A stretch of 64,000 bases of DNA from Spizellomyces punctatus DAOM BR117. Lineage: Eukaryota. The stretch lies in assembly GCA_000182565.2 (NCBI GenBank), contig KQ257452.1; one strand, written 5' to 3'. Shown in pieces: positions 1 through 13,088 of the stretch (positions are counted from its first letter, which is position 1; each line of letters begins with the position of its first letter). Both the position numbers and the translations under genes were made by a program. Below the pieces are notes generated by a model, which saw only the letters and a program-made list of their open reading frames with translations, did no database searches and was not told the origin of the DNA.

Positions 1-1565
1 CACTATACCGGCCAATGGGTCTCGATCGAAAACTCGAGCTGCAGCTAAAGCGAAAGCCGACGCTGCTTTGGCCTTTGACCGATTGTGCCAGTCCACGGAG
101 TCTGGATTCCTCTCTCTCAGTTGTAATGACCGGTTAGAGCTATTGTCATTTCTGGTGCGCGATTGTGTGGGACAAAGCTCTCTCATCCGCGGATATGTCG
201 ATGAGTGTATCGAAAAAAGTTTCGAATTGAAAAAGGAAAAAAGAGAAATAGCGAAAGAACGCAAAGATCTGTAAGTTTTTATCATGTTATCGGCTTCGAA
301 CGGCTGTCTTATAGACTCTCTGTGCTGTCATAGCTTAATCATGCGCGCTGAGTTTGAGAGTCGCGATCGTGGGGATTCACCATTGAATGACGGCGAAAAT
401 GGTGTTGTTGCGTCAGCATTGATTGGTGCCTCAGAAGGGCAAGAGGTCATCGACGACGCTGGAAATTCAAGCTCAAACAGTTCAGATGAAGAGTCGCCTA
501 GGTATTTATCTGTGCACAGGATGGTGTTACTCCCTCGCTGTATATTCGTGGTTTTTTCTAATGCACGAGAACTTAGGGCGTCCAGGTCACGGCATACATC
601 ACGTGTGCAGAAACTGAGGGAGGAGCAGGCTCGACGGGAGGAGGAAGACCGTCGAAGGCGGCAAGAATATGAACAAATGCGACGCCACAGCAGAGCCCGA
701 CAAAAGGAGCAACGAGCGCGTGCGGAGGTGAGGCGGAAACATTTTACTGCGACTTTCTTTTTCTGCCCCTTTTAACAAAGATCAACGACAAATGTACAGG
801 AACGTAAAAAGATTGAGGAACAGGAACGAGTCCTTGCTCGCCGCGAGTTGACGGTCGACTATCAACTGCGCGTCCTGACGGCCGCTTCACGGCTCAAACC
901 ACTCGGTCGAGATCGATATTGGAATCGGTATTGGTGGTTTGATCCATCACTCGGGTCATCATTCGAGACCGACGCGAATAATGCAAAGAGCAAGACTAGG
1001 GCTCGAGGAGGACAGGCTCAATCGGGGCAATTGGATTGGGTTTCAGGCAGGCTTTTTGTGGAGGACGTCGGCTTGGAACCAAGAACAATCCTTCAGGATG
1101 ACGAGCAGGATGTTGTGAAGCAAGGACTGACGCATGGTGTGTGGGGTTTCTATAGCGAGCCACATCAGGTATAAGCGAATTGCACTATGTCTCATCCTCG
1201 GGTCTCTTGGCTGACATTTGATATTCAGATCGAACAGCTTCTTACCTGGCTGGATCCGCGCGGTGTACGGGAGTTGAGCCTCAAGACCACGGTAGAGCGA
1301 CTGGCAGAGCACATCACTGCAGGCATGCAACGACGCAATGAGGTTTGTCCGATAATTGACGTCTTGATATCCTACCCAGCGTATTTACAACTTTACCTTT
1401 CTGTAGGACATCACTGCAGCGATTGCCCGACAAGAAGTTATGTCCTCCCGGCGACCCACGCGGAGCACACGGACGTCTGTGGGTGGCACGGATAACGATG
1501 GGGCCGACGGGGAAGGACTAATATGGGAGTCGTACCTGGACTATACAAATCGGTGGGCAAAGTAG
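1..1565 (+). CDS. 3' part of a WHIM/WSD-domain ISWI-associated chromatin remodelling subunit (Itc1/Ioc3/BAZ-like), multi-exon, 5' end outside window
   Basis: PLGRDRYWNRYWWF and WGFYSEPHQ|IEQLLTWLDPRGVRELSLK match the WSD (WHIM2/3) signature. The WHIM1-like segment FLSLSCNDRLELLSFL and a charged coiled coil lie upstream. The last exon reads ...WESYLDYTNRWAK-TAG (1565). Confidence 0.75.
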
Positions 1566-1871
1566 CGCACATCCTTTTAGAGTGTCTAGGCATGTTTTTG
1601 GTTCTGTCAAGTCTATATTTTTGTGTGAACATGTTTAATGTGGGGGCCTTTTTGCAAAAGTGATCTGTATATAATAGAACGGCGACTCTGCATTGGTGAT
1701 TGCTCTTCTTTCCTATTCCTTCTATCCGCTACAGCTATCTCTTACATTCTACATTTGTCATTATGACTTATCTACAGTAAGGAACCTGCCTATAACGAGA
1801 CGTAGGACTCGCGTAATAGCAATACAATGCGCCATGCAGAGACGTTTCAGTAGATTTGGTCGCAGGGGAAC

Positions 1872-2765
1872 TTAGGATGCAACCACGGAGACGTTCCTTG
1901 CGATACCATCTGCCTCATTGCTCACATCCCTCTCAGTCTCTGGATTCGAAAGAGCAGACAACCCAACCATTCTTCCAACATCCATTTCATCCAACATTCT
2001 CTCTGTCGTCTGGACAGGCGGCAATATTGCAGGGGCATGTGGAACGGGGCTGGGGAGGTTCCCATCTGCTACGACCCTCATAGAAGATGATGACAAAACA
2101 GGAGAGATCAATTCCCCATCAACAGACGACAAAACTCTTGATCGGGATTCCTCCAAACTATCCATTTCACTACCACCCCGGTGTTTTCCCAATCTCCAAT
2201 GGTACAACGCTGTAATACTGCCCCGAATAGGGGATATAGTTCCGCTCCCAACTGACATTGACGCCGATCGCAAACTGCTCGTATCATCCATGTTGACTGT
2301 CCCTGGGATAGTCATACTCCCGTCCTGACTATGCAGTCGCCAATTGTGGATGGCCATGGTGCTGCTGATTGAAGCCGGGTGATCAGATAATGAAGATGAT
2401 GTGGAGCATGGTCCGCTGGTAGGACGAGTAGTGTATCGAAAGATGGCGGATATGCTCGAACGGGGTGTGCTGATTTTGCTGAGGTTTATGGAGGGTACAT
2501 TGGCGGTGGTTGCAAGGGATTCTCTGTTAGGATTGCTGTCTAAACGAAAACGAAAACTGGATGCATCAGCGCTGCCGGGCTCATTTTCACTCAATGCGTG
2601 ACTGGCATTGGTTTTGAGCGTGTGTGGGTACTTGGATGTGACAGTTTCGAGTGAGGCATGGCTGTCGCTCTTGTAGGGCGACTCTGGGGCAATTACGTTT
2701 CCTGGGCGAGATCGTTGCCTTCGTAGCCATCTTGGCAATAGCAGTTTGCTTGAGCACTTGCCCAT
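1872..2765 (-). CDS. Hypothetical Ser-rich 297-aa protein with N-terminal MGKCSSK (myristoylation/palmitoylation-like)
   Basis: Single 297-codon ORF with Gly2/Cys4/Ser6 N-terminus and low-complexity composition. No recognised domain. Confidence 0.6.
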   Translation of the reverse strand: MGKCSSKLLLPRWLRRQRSRPGNVIAPESPYKSDSHASLETVTSKYPHTLKTNASHALSENEPGSADASSFRFRLDSNPNRESLATTANVPSINLSKISTPRSSISAIFRYTTRPTSGPCSTSSSLSDHPASISSTMAIHNWRLHSQDGSMTIPGTVNMDDTSSLRSASMSVGSGTISPIRGSITALYHWRLGKHRGGSEMDSLEESRSRVLSSVDGELISPVLSSSSMRVVADGNLPSPVPHAPAILPPVQTTERMLDEMDVGRMVGLSALSNPETERDVSNEADGIARNVSVVAS

Positions 2766-3088
2766 TAGACGATGGAGCTTCCAGGTGGCTTACGAATAGC
2801 AAAGTAAAGTAGGAGTCCTGTAATGCTCAAAGACGAGCGATTGATGAGGGGTAATATTATTACTGTGCAATTTAACGTTTTTTTTTTAGGCTTTCATCCC
2901 CGGAATTTCTGGACAGTTTCATTTGGTCATAATATCCACGGGCGTGCCAGAACCCTATTTTAAATGGCGCAAAAGCAACTCAGTGGGAGATATTGATCCA
3001 ATGATGTTCGTGTCTAAATGCAGAAATTTGAGGGTGATATCCCCAAAACCAAACTATTTATGATTTAACCTGTAATAAAAAATACTTG

Positions 3089-6000
3089 TCAGGATCCTGC
3101 CGCGATGCGTGTTTGTCCACGTTCAGGATCTTGCAACCTGTGGACTCGGACGTCCGGTCCACCCAATCCGGGAACGTTCCTGGAAAGAAGGGCCCATGGC
3201 ATTCTAGAAATCCGAAAACCAAACGACGCTCAGCAAACAACACTTACCCCATTGTTTGTGGTGTGATGAAAATATACTGACATGCGCGATCCTGTTCTCG
3301 AGCATTGTCAATCATTGCTTTCATGCTGACGCGTCGGTTTACAGCGTCCTACACTGCAACAGTCAACAGGGCAAAAAACCTTTGTAACAACATTACTCCC
3401 ACTGACCATGAAAACATCGAATTCATCCAAAGCACGGAATGGGCTTCCCATGCTCTCCCACAGAGCCAAGAGCAAACATACTGTAGAAAAACTTTTCTCT
3501 CCGCCAGACAAGGCACGAGGATCTTTGTCTTTTGAAGTGCTACTTGCTGTTCTGCCGTCGGCTGTCCCGCCATCATCTTGCTTTTGTACCTAGGCAGAAT
3601 CCGGTTGATTGGATACCTCTAGGTGCTGCGCGCGATACAGCCATTCTGCTCACCTTGAGTTCCAAGCTCCTGCCATGGTGATCTAGAACCAAGCGTCCTC
3701 GATAACCTCTCTTTCGCATAAGCTCCGCAAACAGAGTCTTTGCTCGAATGGAAATGTAGTGTCTGAACGATGACCAAGAGTTCAGCCGGCTCTGCAGTGA
3801 GTTTTTTACCTCACGGATGAGGAGCTCCGTATTTTGTATTTCTCTTTTTGCGGCAGCATAAGCCGCCTTCTTGGTAACGTAAGCATGGTATACATCGTCT
3901 CGACTTCCATGCCTTTAACGCAGAATGGGAGAAGGGGTGAACACCAATGTCACGATCGTACAAACGCACAACTAAACGTACTTCTTCTCGATCTCTTTCA
4001 AGCGCGCCTGGCACAATCTGATATCTCGCTCAATTTCATCGGCTGGTTTATCCACAGGTACGCGCTCGCAGTACTGTTCGCACTTTTCAGTATCAACCGC
4101 CAGCTGCTCCTCCGCAACGTTGAGTTCCTCTTGAGCCTGGCGAAGTTTCTCCTGATATTGTATACGCTGATTCTCCCAGTGCGTACGATCATTTTCGTAT
4201 TTCACTTTCTTGTCTGCGGCTTCCCTGACCCTATTCTGCGGATGATGTAAGTGGTGTACTAGTCATCGATGAAATTATCAGCGAACTTACCGTAAGCGCC
4301 GTGTGGCGCTCAACCATGATCTGCCGCTCATCCTCAAGTGTGGCCAATTGCGCTTTTAGCGACGCCTCCGCTGTTTGCACCTCTCGCCGTTGCCCTTCAA
4401 GCGCTTCGAACTGCCGCAGAATGAGCTCTATTTGATCCTCTTCATACTGAGGCAACGTCAGTTTTTTTGGCCAAGTGATGCTCAATATCTACTATATTTG
4501 TACCTTGCACGCCTCTTGCAAAGCCCCAATGTTCGATTCTTCGTCGTCCTTGTGGCGACTCAATGAGTTTCTCGTGTGTGACCGTTTCATGAAACTATTT
4601 TACTGCTTACCACCAAATCCTCACGCATTTGCCGGATCTCGGTCTCTTTCTTCCCAACATCACTATGAAGCGCCACCTGCTCCGCCTTATACCAAAGTGC
4701 ATTCAGTGATGGAATAAGGGCTGCCTTAATGCGTATCTTGACTTTACCCTGAGCCTCTGCCGTTGCTGCGACACGGCAGCCACCTGATCTTCCAGTTGAT
4801 CGACTGTCGGTTTCCATGCCGCCTTTTCCTCGCGCAATTGATTGATTTGAGCCTCCTCTTGTCTAGAAGGGCAATTGAATTTGCTGTCATCAGCAATAAC
4901 CAGAACCTTCTAACACGTTACCTAATAAAGATGCTGACATCTGCCGCCAGCCTCGGCTGGCCTCGATACGGAACTATACTCTGTGTCGAAAGACCACCGC
5001 CGCGACTACCCATGGAAAAGCAATCTATGGTGAAGACGCCGCTAACATTACGCGGAAAGCTTTTCCCCGTGATGGCATTTCCCTCGTCGCGAGTTTGTAC
5101 CAGAACCATTTGTTCGATGTGATGTTGTAAAATCAACTGATCTCGCACAACGTCGTTGTCGAACTAGAAAACACCAACTATGTATAGCACAGATACGGTT
5201 ATACAAGTGAAAGTGTGTTTACCTCAAGAGCACGCAAAACGGTTAAGTATTGGGTGTCTGGCTCGCCGTTTTTAAAGTGAATGGGTCGTCTTGAATACTT
5301 CAAAATGTTACTAGGACTGACATTGTCCGCATTAGTATACTATTACGTCCATCAGAGGTGCAGTCAAGAATACCATCTGCAACGATCCAAAATACTCTGC
5401 ATAGTCAGTAGATCTTCTTGATTCTCGACTGCCATCGAGTTCAGAGTATTGCCCAGCAAGCTTTCAATGACGCGAGCAAAGTCATCCTGCAGGACCTTCA
5501 CGTGCAATCCTAACCGCAGTGTTACCGATACAGTGCCAAGTACGGGGGAGTGAGTCGCAACGCACCTAACGGCCCAATCGGTTTTCGTCCCGTCCAACGT
5601 CCCTGCTGCTCATACTCTTCAACCATCCGTACCACATTCCCCATAGTGGGACCAAAAGCGGCCAGTCGGTCAGTTCGCTGCCGCGACAGACCCGAGATTC
5701 TTTCTTGGCAAGATCGTATGTCAGCGTCAAATCGTCGTAATCGTCCTTGCGCTTCACGCAATCTATCGGTAGCTTCACCATGGGCCGTTTCTACGCGATC
5801 TCGCTCCAATTGAAGCTGCCACCAGTTTAATTATTGATTTTCCCTACATGAGTGCAGCAGATGGTACCTGACGCAATTTTTCCTCAAGGACGGCCTTCTC
5901 AGTTTCGCGTTCGCTAATTAGGGTCAGCTGCTGCTTTCGGGTGGTTCTACTTGTACGTGAGTTTCGATAAGAGTTCATCGGGCTCGCTTGTCGTAGACAT

Positions 6001-7936
6001 ACCGACTGTCATTTTCAGTCTTTTTCGTCTCTTCCGCAATTCGTCTTCGGAAGTCATCTCTATTTCGCCGGTGGGTTTTCACGGTGGTATTCATCTCCTG
6101 CTCTTCAGTAGCAAAATCCATCAACCTCTGTCGGAGCGCCATGATCTCTTGCACAATCTGCTGCTTTTGCTCGTGTAGTGGTTGTGTCGCTTGCTTTTGA
6201 TGTGCAATCTGGGTTTCCAAATTGTCTATTTCTTTCCCAATGTCGGACAAGGCATTCTGGTGCATCTTATCAGCACTTTGTGGCGCAATCGTTCCATGAC
6301 CACAGTATGCATACCTCACAGTCGGAGATTTTGGTATGCACAAGGTCCACTTTCCGCTGGGCTTTTTCTGCAGCCTTCCTTTTCGCTTCGACTTCCTACA
6401 TCATCAATCAGCGGACATCCTGGCATTAACATAATGATCGGAAACACAACCTGTTCCTCTTCCGCAATCTGTGCCCAAGCCATTTGCTTCTTTAAATGTT
6501 CCACGTGCTCCTCGAGGTCTTTCGCTTGCTCCAAATTCTGTAGAGAGGCTCTTTAGTCGGAATACATGAGTGCCGCAACATTTGGTCCTGACCTTCAAAG
6601 TGGTCTCGAGATCTTTCACCGAAGATTTCATTTCCGGTAAGACCTATCAGTATTACTTAGAGCTGACAAGAATCATTGCAAATTACGGGCAGGCACTGTA
6701 CCTGTCGCTTGTGCTGCAACACATTCTCGATGGTGGAGACGCTCTCATTAATCATATAGTAATCAGCACTGAGCTGATTCAGCTGAGTGCCATTCATAAA
6801 GAACTGAATAAAGCATGAGACTCCGTCATCATGTGAAAAGGAGACAAAACATACGTACATTATACTTGTCCACGGACGTGCTGTTTGCAAGGAAGCTCCG
6901 GGCAGAATCTTGCGTTAATATGGTCATAGGGTTATTCGCCAGTATCTGCATGTGGTCACAAATGGCCACCAGCTCATCTCGCTTCGTAGAAATCGTTGCC
7001 CCTGAGATACAAATCGATATGAGATCAGGACGAAAGCCGACACCTGCGCATAGAGCCTTGCCTTGAGCTGACTTCAGTCTGTAGGTGCTTGAGCCCTCCC
7101 GAAGAATTTTTCGTTCGATGGTGATGGTATTGCCGTATTCGTGAGGTTTATACGCATCCTCGCCCTCGTTCCGTAAGGTCACACTCACGGAGCCTACTCT
7201 GGAAACAGGTTCAGTCGGTAACTCCATACCCACCAAAACGTTTATCCAAACATACTGGCTTCCTTCACGAAGGAATTCCTTCAAACTCCCCGCTCTGTTG
7301 GTAAACGTTGCTCTCCCTCCCAGGCATATAGCCAATGCCGTTAAGATGGCGCTCTTTCCACCTGCAGCACTGTTAGTGTTTCATTTTTCTCGGCATATGT
7401 CAGAAAGTTCCTTCCTTACTCCCGTTATGTCCAACAATGAAATTTATCTTGCGACCAAAGGATACGGCAAGGTATTTATGACACATGAAATTCACCAATT
7501 CGACGCGTGCGACGGTCCCGGTTCCGTCCAACTCCTGTAGAGTTTCTTATAGTCCATGATAGCTTTCAATGGTTCATATCAGAATACTTACACGCGCCCC
7601 ATTCTTGGTAAAAATCTTTATAAACAAACTCCATTAGTGAGCCGCACAAAGACATTTGCAACCAGCACAAAGCCAGGAAGCAGGTTGCCAAGAAGTCAGG
7701 CAAAAACACCTCAAGCAGAAATATATACATACTTCTTCTATGACGCTTTCAGTGTCAGAGTTGGACGAAGCGCTGTCGTAATCTACATGGGATCGTCGTT
7801 TCTTCCGGCTACCACTATCGTTGACGGAAGGTCGGCGTTTTTTTCCTGCACTGGTACGTCCAGAATTACTATAGAGAGGACTTGACGGAGCTTCTGGAAC
7901 ACTCGACGGCGGATCGTCGTCTTCCATGTCCACCAT
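3089..7936 (-). CDS. SMC6: Structural maintenance of chromosomes protein 6 (multi-exon)
   Basis: N-terminal head: NFMCH...[27 protein letters not shown] and [15 protein letters not shown]. Hinge: PIGPLG. C-terminal signature/Walker [44 protein letters not shown]. Stop TGA at 3089. Confidence 0.93.
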
Positions 7937-8033
7937 AATGATTCAAATTGCGGTGGGAACCTGCTCAGGTTGACCTGTCAACTCGGACGAATGTCCGATC
8001 GCGCAGTTGCTGAATGACTCATTATGACACATT

Positions 8034-8040
8034 TCACGTG
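8034..8040. promoter_or_regulatory. TCACGTG E-box in the 170-bp SMC6/importin divergent promoter
   Basis: Exact TCACGTG; the same motif occurs in other divergent promoters in the window. Confidence 0.45.
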
Positions 8041-8106
8041 CAGGACCAAACTTTTAAGATCCTCCACAAGTGCCTTTCTGGCGGATTTGAGATTTGGTTT
8101 GGGAAA

Positions 8107-11100
8107 ATGGAGGTAAAGCATGGGGGGACTTTCATATTCATGCTCCTGGGGTTATTTACTAAATAGTGGGTACAGGCATATGCTGCAGAACTTGAACAGC
8201 TTCTCAAGCAAATCAACAGCGGAGACACCGCGCGTTTGCAGTCGGTAATGACTGACAGCTTCGTTACTGCTTCTATTATGATGTCCATCGCTAAACATTT
8301 ATCAGGCTACAGCAACCCTCAGCAGTCAGTACTACTCGAAGGTGATATGCATCCCGGCGCTGTTTGAAATTGCCTCCCGCCACCCAGACATTGGTGTGAG
8401 TACAAATAATTGTCACCTGTGAACATCGGTGATCTCGATAACTCAAGTCATTTCTGTAGCTTCGTCAACTTGCTGCCGTAGAGCTTCGAAAGCAAGTTAG
8501 GAAGCAAGGTGGTAACTGGTGGGAATCGTTGGAAGAACCTTACAGAAATCAAATCAAACAGCGATTGCTCGAGATCATTGTGGTTGAGCCCAGGTTTGAA
8601 GCGCATATGTAGTTTTCTCCTTTGCTATGGGAGCTGACTTGAGATTTCTATTGCCTAGCAAACCTGTGCGACACTCATTAGCACGCGTCATTTCTGAAGT
8701 TGCGAAGGTGGAGCTGTCCAAAGAGCGGTGGGGAGAACTCATTACTTTCCTCTACACATGTTGTCAGAGTCCAACTGCTGGCCACCGGGAAGTCGGTGTA
8801 TATGTACTCGATACGCTGTTTGAAGTGATTGCGGATACGCTGACCGACCGTATTGCCGACCTCTTTCTGCTATTTTCCAAAACCTTGGCCGATCCCGATA
8901 GTCTTGAAGTTAGGGTGACGACTCTGATGGCTCTCGGAAAGATTGCAGACTTCATTGATCCGCAAGCACAGAATGAGATTAAAGCGTTTAGAGATCTTTT
9001 GCCTGGCATGGTCGCTGTGCTGCGTGACTGCCTTGCTCAAGGAGATGAGGATAGCGCAGTGAAGGGATTTGAAGTCTTTGACAATCTTCTCGTTATCGAA
9101 GCGCCGTTATTGTCTAGGCATATATCCGATCTCATTCAGTTTTTTGTGGGCATCGGTGCCAATAGAGCCTATGGAGGGACGGTTCGCGTGTCTGCCTTGT
9201 CGTTCTTGATGTGGAGCACCGTATACCAGAAAAATAAACTTGTGAAACTCAAGTTGATATCCCCGATCATTGGCAGTATCTTCCCTATCGCTGCGGAGCC
9301 AGAGCCAGAAGATGATGACGAAGACTCTCCAGGGCGCTTGGCCTTGCAAGTCATCAACTCGCTGTCAACAAACTTGCCACCACAGCAGGTGTTTCCCGAT
9401 TGTATGCAGCTGATCGTCTCGTACATGCAGAATCCGGAGCCCACGGCCCGGAAGGCGGCGATGCTTGCCTTTGGGGTTCTTGTAGATGGTTGCGCCGATC
9501 ATATGCGAAGCAAGATCAACGAACTACTTCCGTTGCTGTGTAATGGATTGCAGGATCCGGAGAATATTGTACGACGGGCCGCATGCATGGCTCTGGGATC
9601 TGTTGCAGAGGAACTCAGTGAGGAGATTGGCCAGCACCATGCGACACTCTTGCCATTGATTTTTAATCTGCTGAATGATCCAAGCGAGAAAGTGCAAAAG
9701 TCATCTACGAACGCACTTGACGCCATTTTGGAGGGTCTGGGCGACGATATTAACCAGTATCTCCCCGCTTTAATGGAGAAGCTCGTTTACTTGCTGGATA
9801 GTGGCAGTAATTCAGTCAAAGGCGTTGTCATTGCTTGTATTGGGTCTGCTGCTCATTCAGCAGGTGACAGCTTCCAGCCGTATTTCCCGCAAGTCATGGC
9901 ACGGTTGCAGTCTTACATGGCTATCACAGACAAGGATGTGCTCGATCTACGGGGTCTTGCAACCGATACCGTTAGTGCAGTTGCTGAAGCCGTGGGGAAA
10001 GAGATCTTTAGGGTATGTTGCAAAATGGATTGGTATTGGAATTGAGGCATTAACTATACTGCGTATATCTCTAGCCCCATATGAACGCAACGATGAGTCA
10101 AGCAGTGCAAGGACTGGAACTCGACAACAACAGACTGCGCGAATGCAGTTATGTCTTCTTTTCCGTTATGGCTCGGGTGTTTGAGGTTTGTGTACACTGC
10201 AGAACTTCCCGTGACTGTTCTTATATTCATAGTGTCATTGCTTCACCATTACCCAGGAGGAATTTGCTCCCTTTTTAACCGTTATTGTACCGCAACTTCT
10301 CAAGTCTTGCAACGAGGAGGAGAAGAATCCAACTGAATGGAGTGGGGAAGCTGAAGATGATCAATCTATATCGTTGGATGACGAGGATGATGACCACTTC
10401 CCTGGGTTTAGTCTCAATAACGCCTTGGCAGAAGAAAAGGAAACCGCGGCAGATGCATTGGGACAAATTTTCGAGGCTTGTCGTAGTGCATTCATGCCCT
10501 ACGTTCATGAGAGCGTAAACACTTTTGTCAAATTGCTTGGACACTACCATGAGAGCGTCCGCAAGTCGGCTGTGGGATCCCTCTTGTCGTTCTTGTTGAC
10601 CTTTTATAAAATGTCGAATCCCCAAAAATGGGCACCTGGGACACCTTTACAGGTGCCGCTTCACGAGAATGTAGCTGGTCTCGCCAAAGCTTCCGCAGAT
10701 GCTATCCTTAATATGTTGGATGATGAGGATGATCGGTAAGTTGGATCGATATGTGGGGTCCGGATTATGGACCACACATCTCATATTGACTATGGTGTAA
10801 AGGAGCGTCGTGGCGCAAGCATTCAACGAATATACCGAAGCTTTGAAAGAGATGGGCCCTGGAGCGTTGGCAGACAGAAAACAATCACTTGCGGAACTCG
10901 TTCTACTAGTGCTGCAAAAGGAACATAAATGTCAGCTTGACGTTGAGTTGGATGACGAAATGTCCGATGGCTCCGTGCTGCGTCGAGTCCCGCAGCGAGT
11001 GGAGGAGGACGATGAGCAAGCAGAATACGATGCTGTTCTCATTAACTCTGCTTGTGACCTCGTGGGAGCCATGGCAAATGCACTAGGAGCTGAATTTGCT

Positions 11101-11921
11101 GTATATTTCCAGCAATTATTCCCGCTGATTGCAAAGTACTACAAAAAGTCACGCCCGGTGTCAGATCGGAGCATGGCTACTGGGGTCTTGGCAGAATGCG
11201 CTATGGGATTGAAGAAAGGGGTCACACCATTCACCAACGAAATGTTACAAATTATGATCCGTGCGCTTGCAGACGAAGAGGAGGAAGTTCGAAGTAATGC
11301 AGCGTTTGGAGTGGGAGTGCTGCTTGAGCAGAGCGAGACGGATTTGACGAGGTGGGTTTAGACCACGTGAATAGCCGCCGAGTGCCTATGCTGATGGTGG
11401 CTTGTTTTGTTTCCAGTTTCTACCCCCAGATTCTACAGCTTCTCCGACCGCTATTCGAAGTTCAAGATGGTATCCCTAATATGGCAGATAATGCTGCAGG
11501 CGCTGTTTGTCGTATGATTGTGCGAAATCCGTCCGCTGTCCCCTTGGATCAAGTTCTCCCCGTGGTGATGCAACATCTTCCATTGAAGAAGGACTTTGAG
11601 GAGAATGAACCTGTCTTCCGATGTGTTCTGCAATTGCTTCAGAACAACAACTCTTACGTGAGTGGATAGAGGCTTCATCCCTTGTGTGATTGCTTTGGCT
11701 CATTAGACTGTTTGTCACAGCTCCTGGCAAACATGCCTGCACTCTTGAACGTCTTTGCTCAGGTTTTGAGCCCTCCTGAGAATCAGCTAAAGGATGCGAC
11801 GCGTGCGGAAATCATTGGTCTTCTCAAAACTCTTCAAACCCACCACGCAGATTCGTTCCAAAATATGATTTCTGGCATGCAGAGTCAATATGCGACTGTG
11901 TTAATAAGCTTGCTGCAGTAG
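8107..11921 (+). CDS. IPO4: Importin beta-4 / Kap123-like karyopherin (HEAT repeats, multi-exon)
   Basis: Spliced start ME|AYAAELEQLLKQ; IBN_N-type RQLAAVELRK; HEAT repeats; EEKETAADALG, DRSMATGVLAE, EEVRSNAAFGVG, DNAAGAVCRM and LPLKKDFEEN are typical of importin-4/Kap123. Confidence 0.88.
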
Positions 11922-13088
11922 AGATTATGTAGATTAGCCTGGGCCCCCTCCCCCTCTTAGCGATTATTATACATTCTATCCCTCTTGTGTATTTGTAGTG
12001 ACTATTTCATTCCTCATCATAGATATCTATTTCATGACATTTGGCCGGCCTCTGCCTCTCGTGCCCGTGATCCCCGTGACTGTTATCACGTGCCATAGTG
12101 CTTTGAACGTCAAGTGGCACTCCACAGGGCGCTAACAAGGGTTTTTAGCTCTGCATAGCATGCATTACCCAAAAGCCCCCCCTGAACGTACAAGCCGTTT
12201 TGTTTTGGAAGGCTTTAAAAAAGGTTTCCAAAAGGTTCAATACGTTGAGGGTAGCGCGTTCGTTCCTTGTATGATATGTGAGTAATGTCAACGCCTCTCT
12301 TGCATTGAACACTCTTTGCATGCCAGTGTCAGGTTCCCAATCGGAAGTTGGTGGGCTGTTTTTCTTTGGTAATTCCGTTTACCAATATCTACTTTTAACA
12401 AGGACCAAAAAAGTGTGTTAAAAGAAAGAGGCGTGACAGTGAGATGACGTTTGGGGGGTTTCGTAATGACCAGATATGTAGCGTAACAAGATAGCTATAG
12501 TGTGCTTTGTTTTAAACCCGCGCGCGCGCTTCCCAATGATCGCTCCAAGTTCGCCTTCCTTTGACCCTTTTTTTTTTACAAGTGGCAAACTGTTGCGTGG
12601 GCAGGGGCGTAAAAAAAGGTATTTCCAGTTACTTTATGCGCTGGTGTTTTGAGGATTTAACTCGTCACGAAATTCCAACACACAAGTTTGGGTTCTTTAA
12701 AAAGCTACTGCGTTCAGCTGTTCCTTTTGTTGCATGGCGTCAGCTGTTGGACTTGCTTGTTCGTAGTGGTTTCCGCTTATCTCTTTTCTGGTGATTGGTT
12801 ACTTGTTTAAACCGGGTAATCCAAGTTCTGCTGTGCATTGTTGGGGTTTCCCTCTCCCTCAAAACCTCACACACACATCAGAACGCATTGGGAGCCCCAT
12901 TATATACATATATATAATTTTTTTTTTCTTGTTACGTATCTCGTATTTCTTTGCGTTCGTTCAACATCTCCAAACACCACACAACAAGGGCACTACGCGC
13001 CAACCTCATACACCTGCTTGCTTTTTTATAACCCCCCCCCCCCCCCCCCCAAAGAAACCGAAAAAGACGCATCGTGCCCTATATTCCA

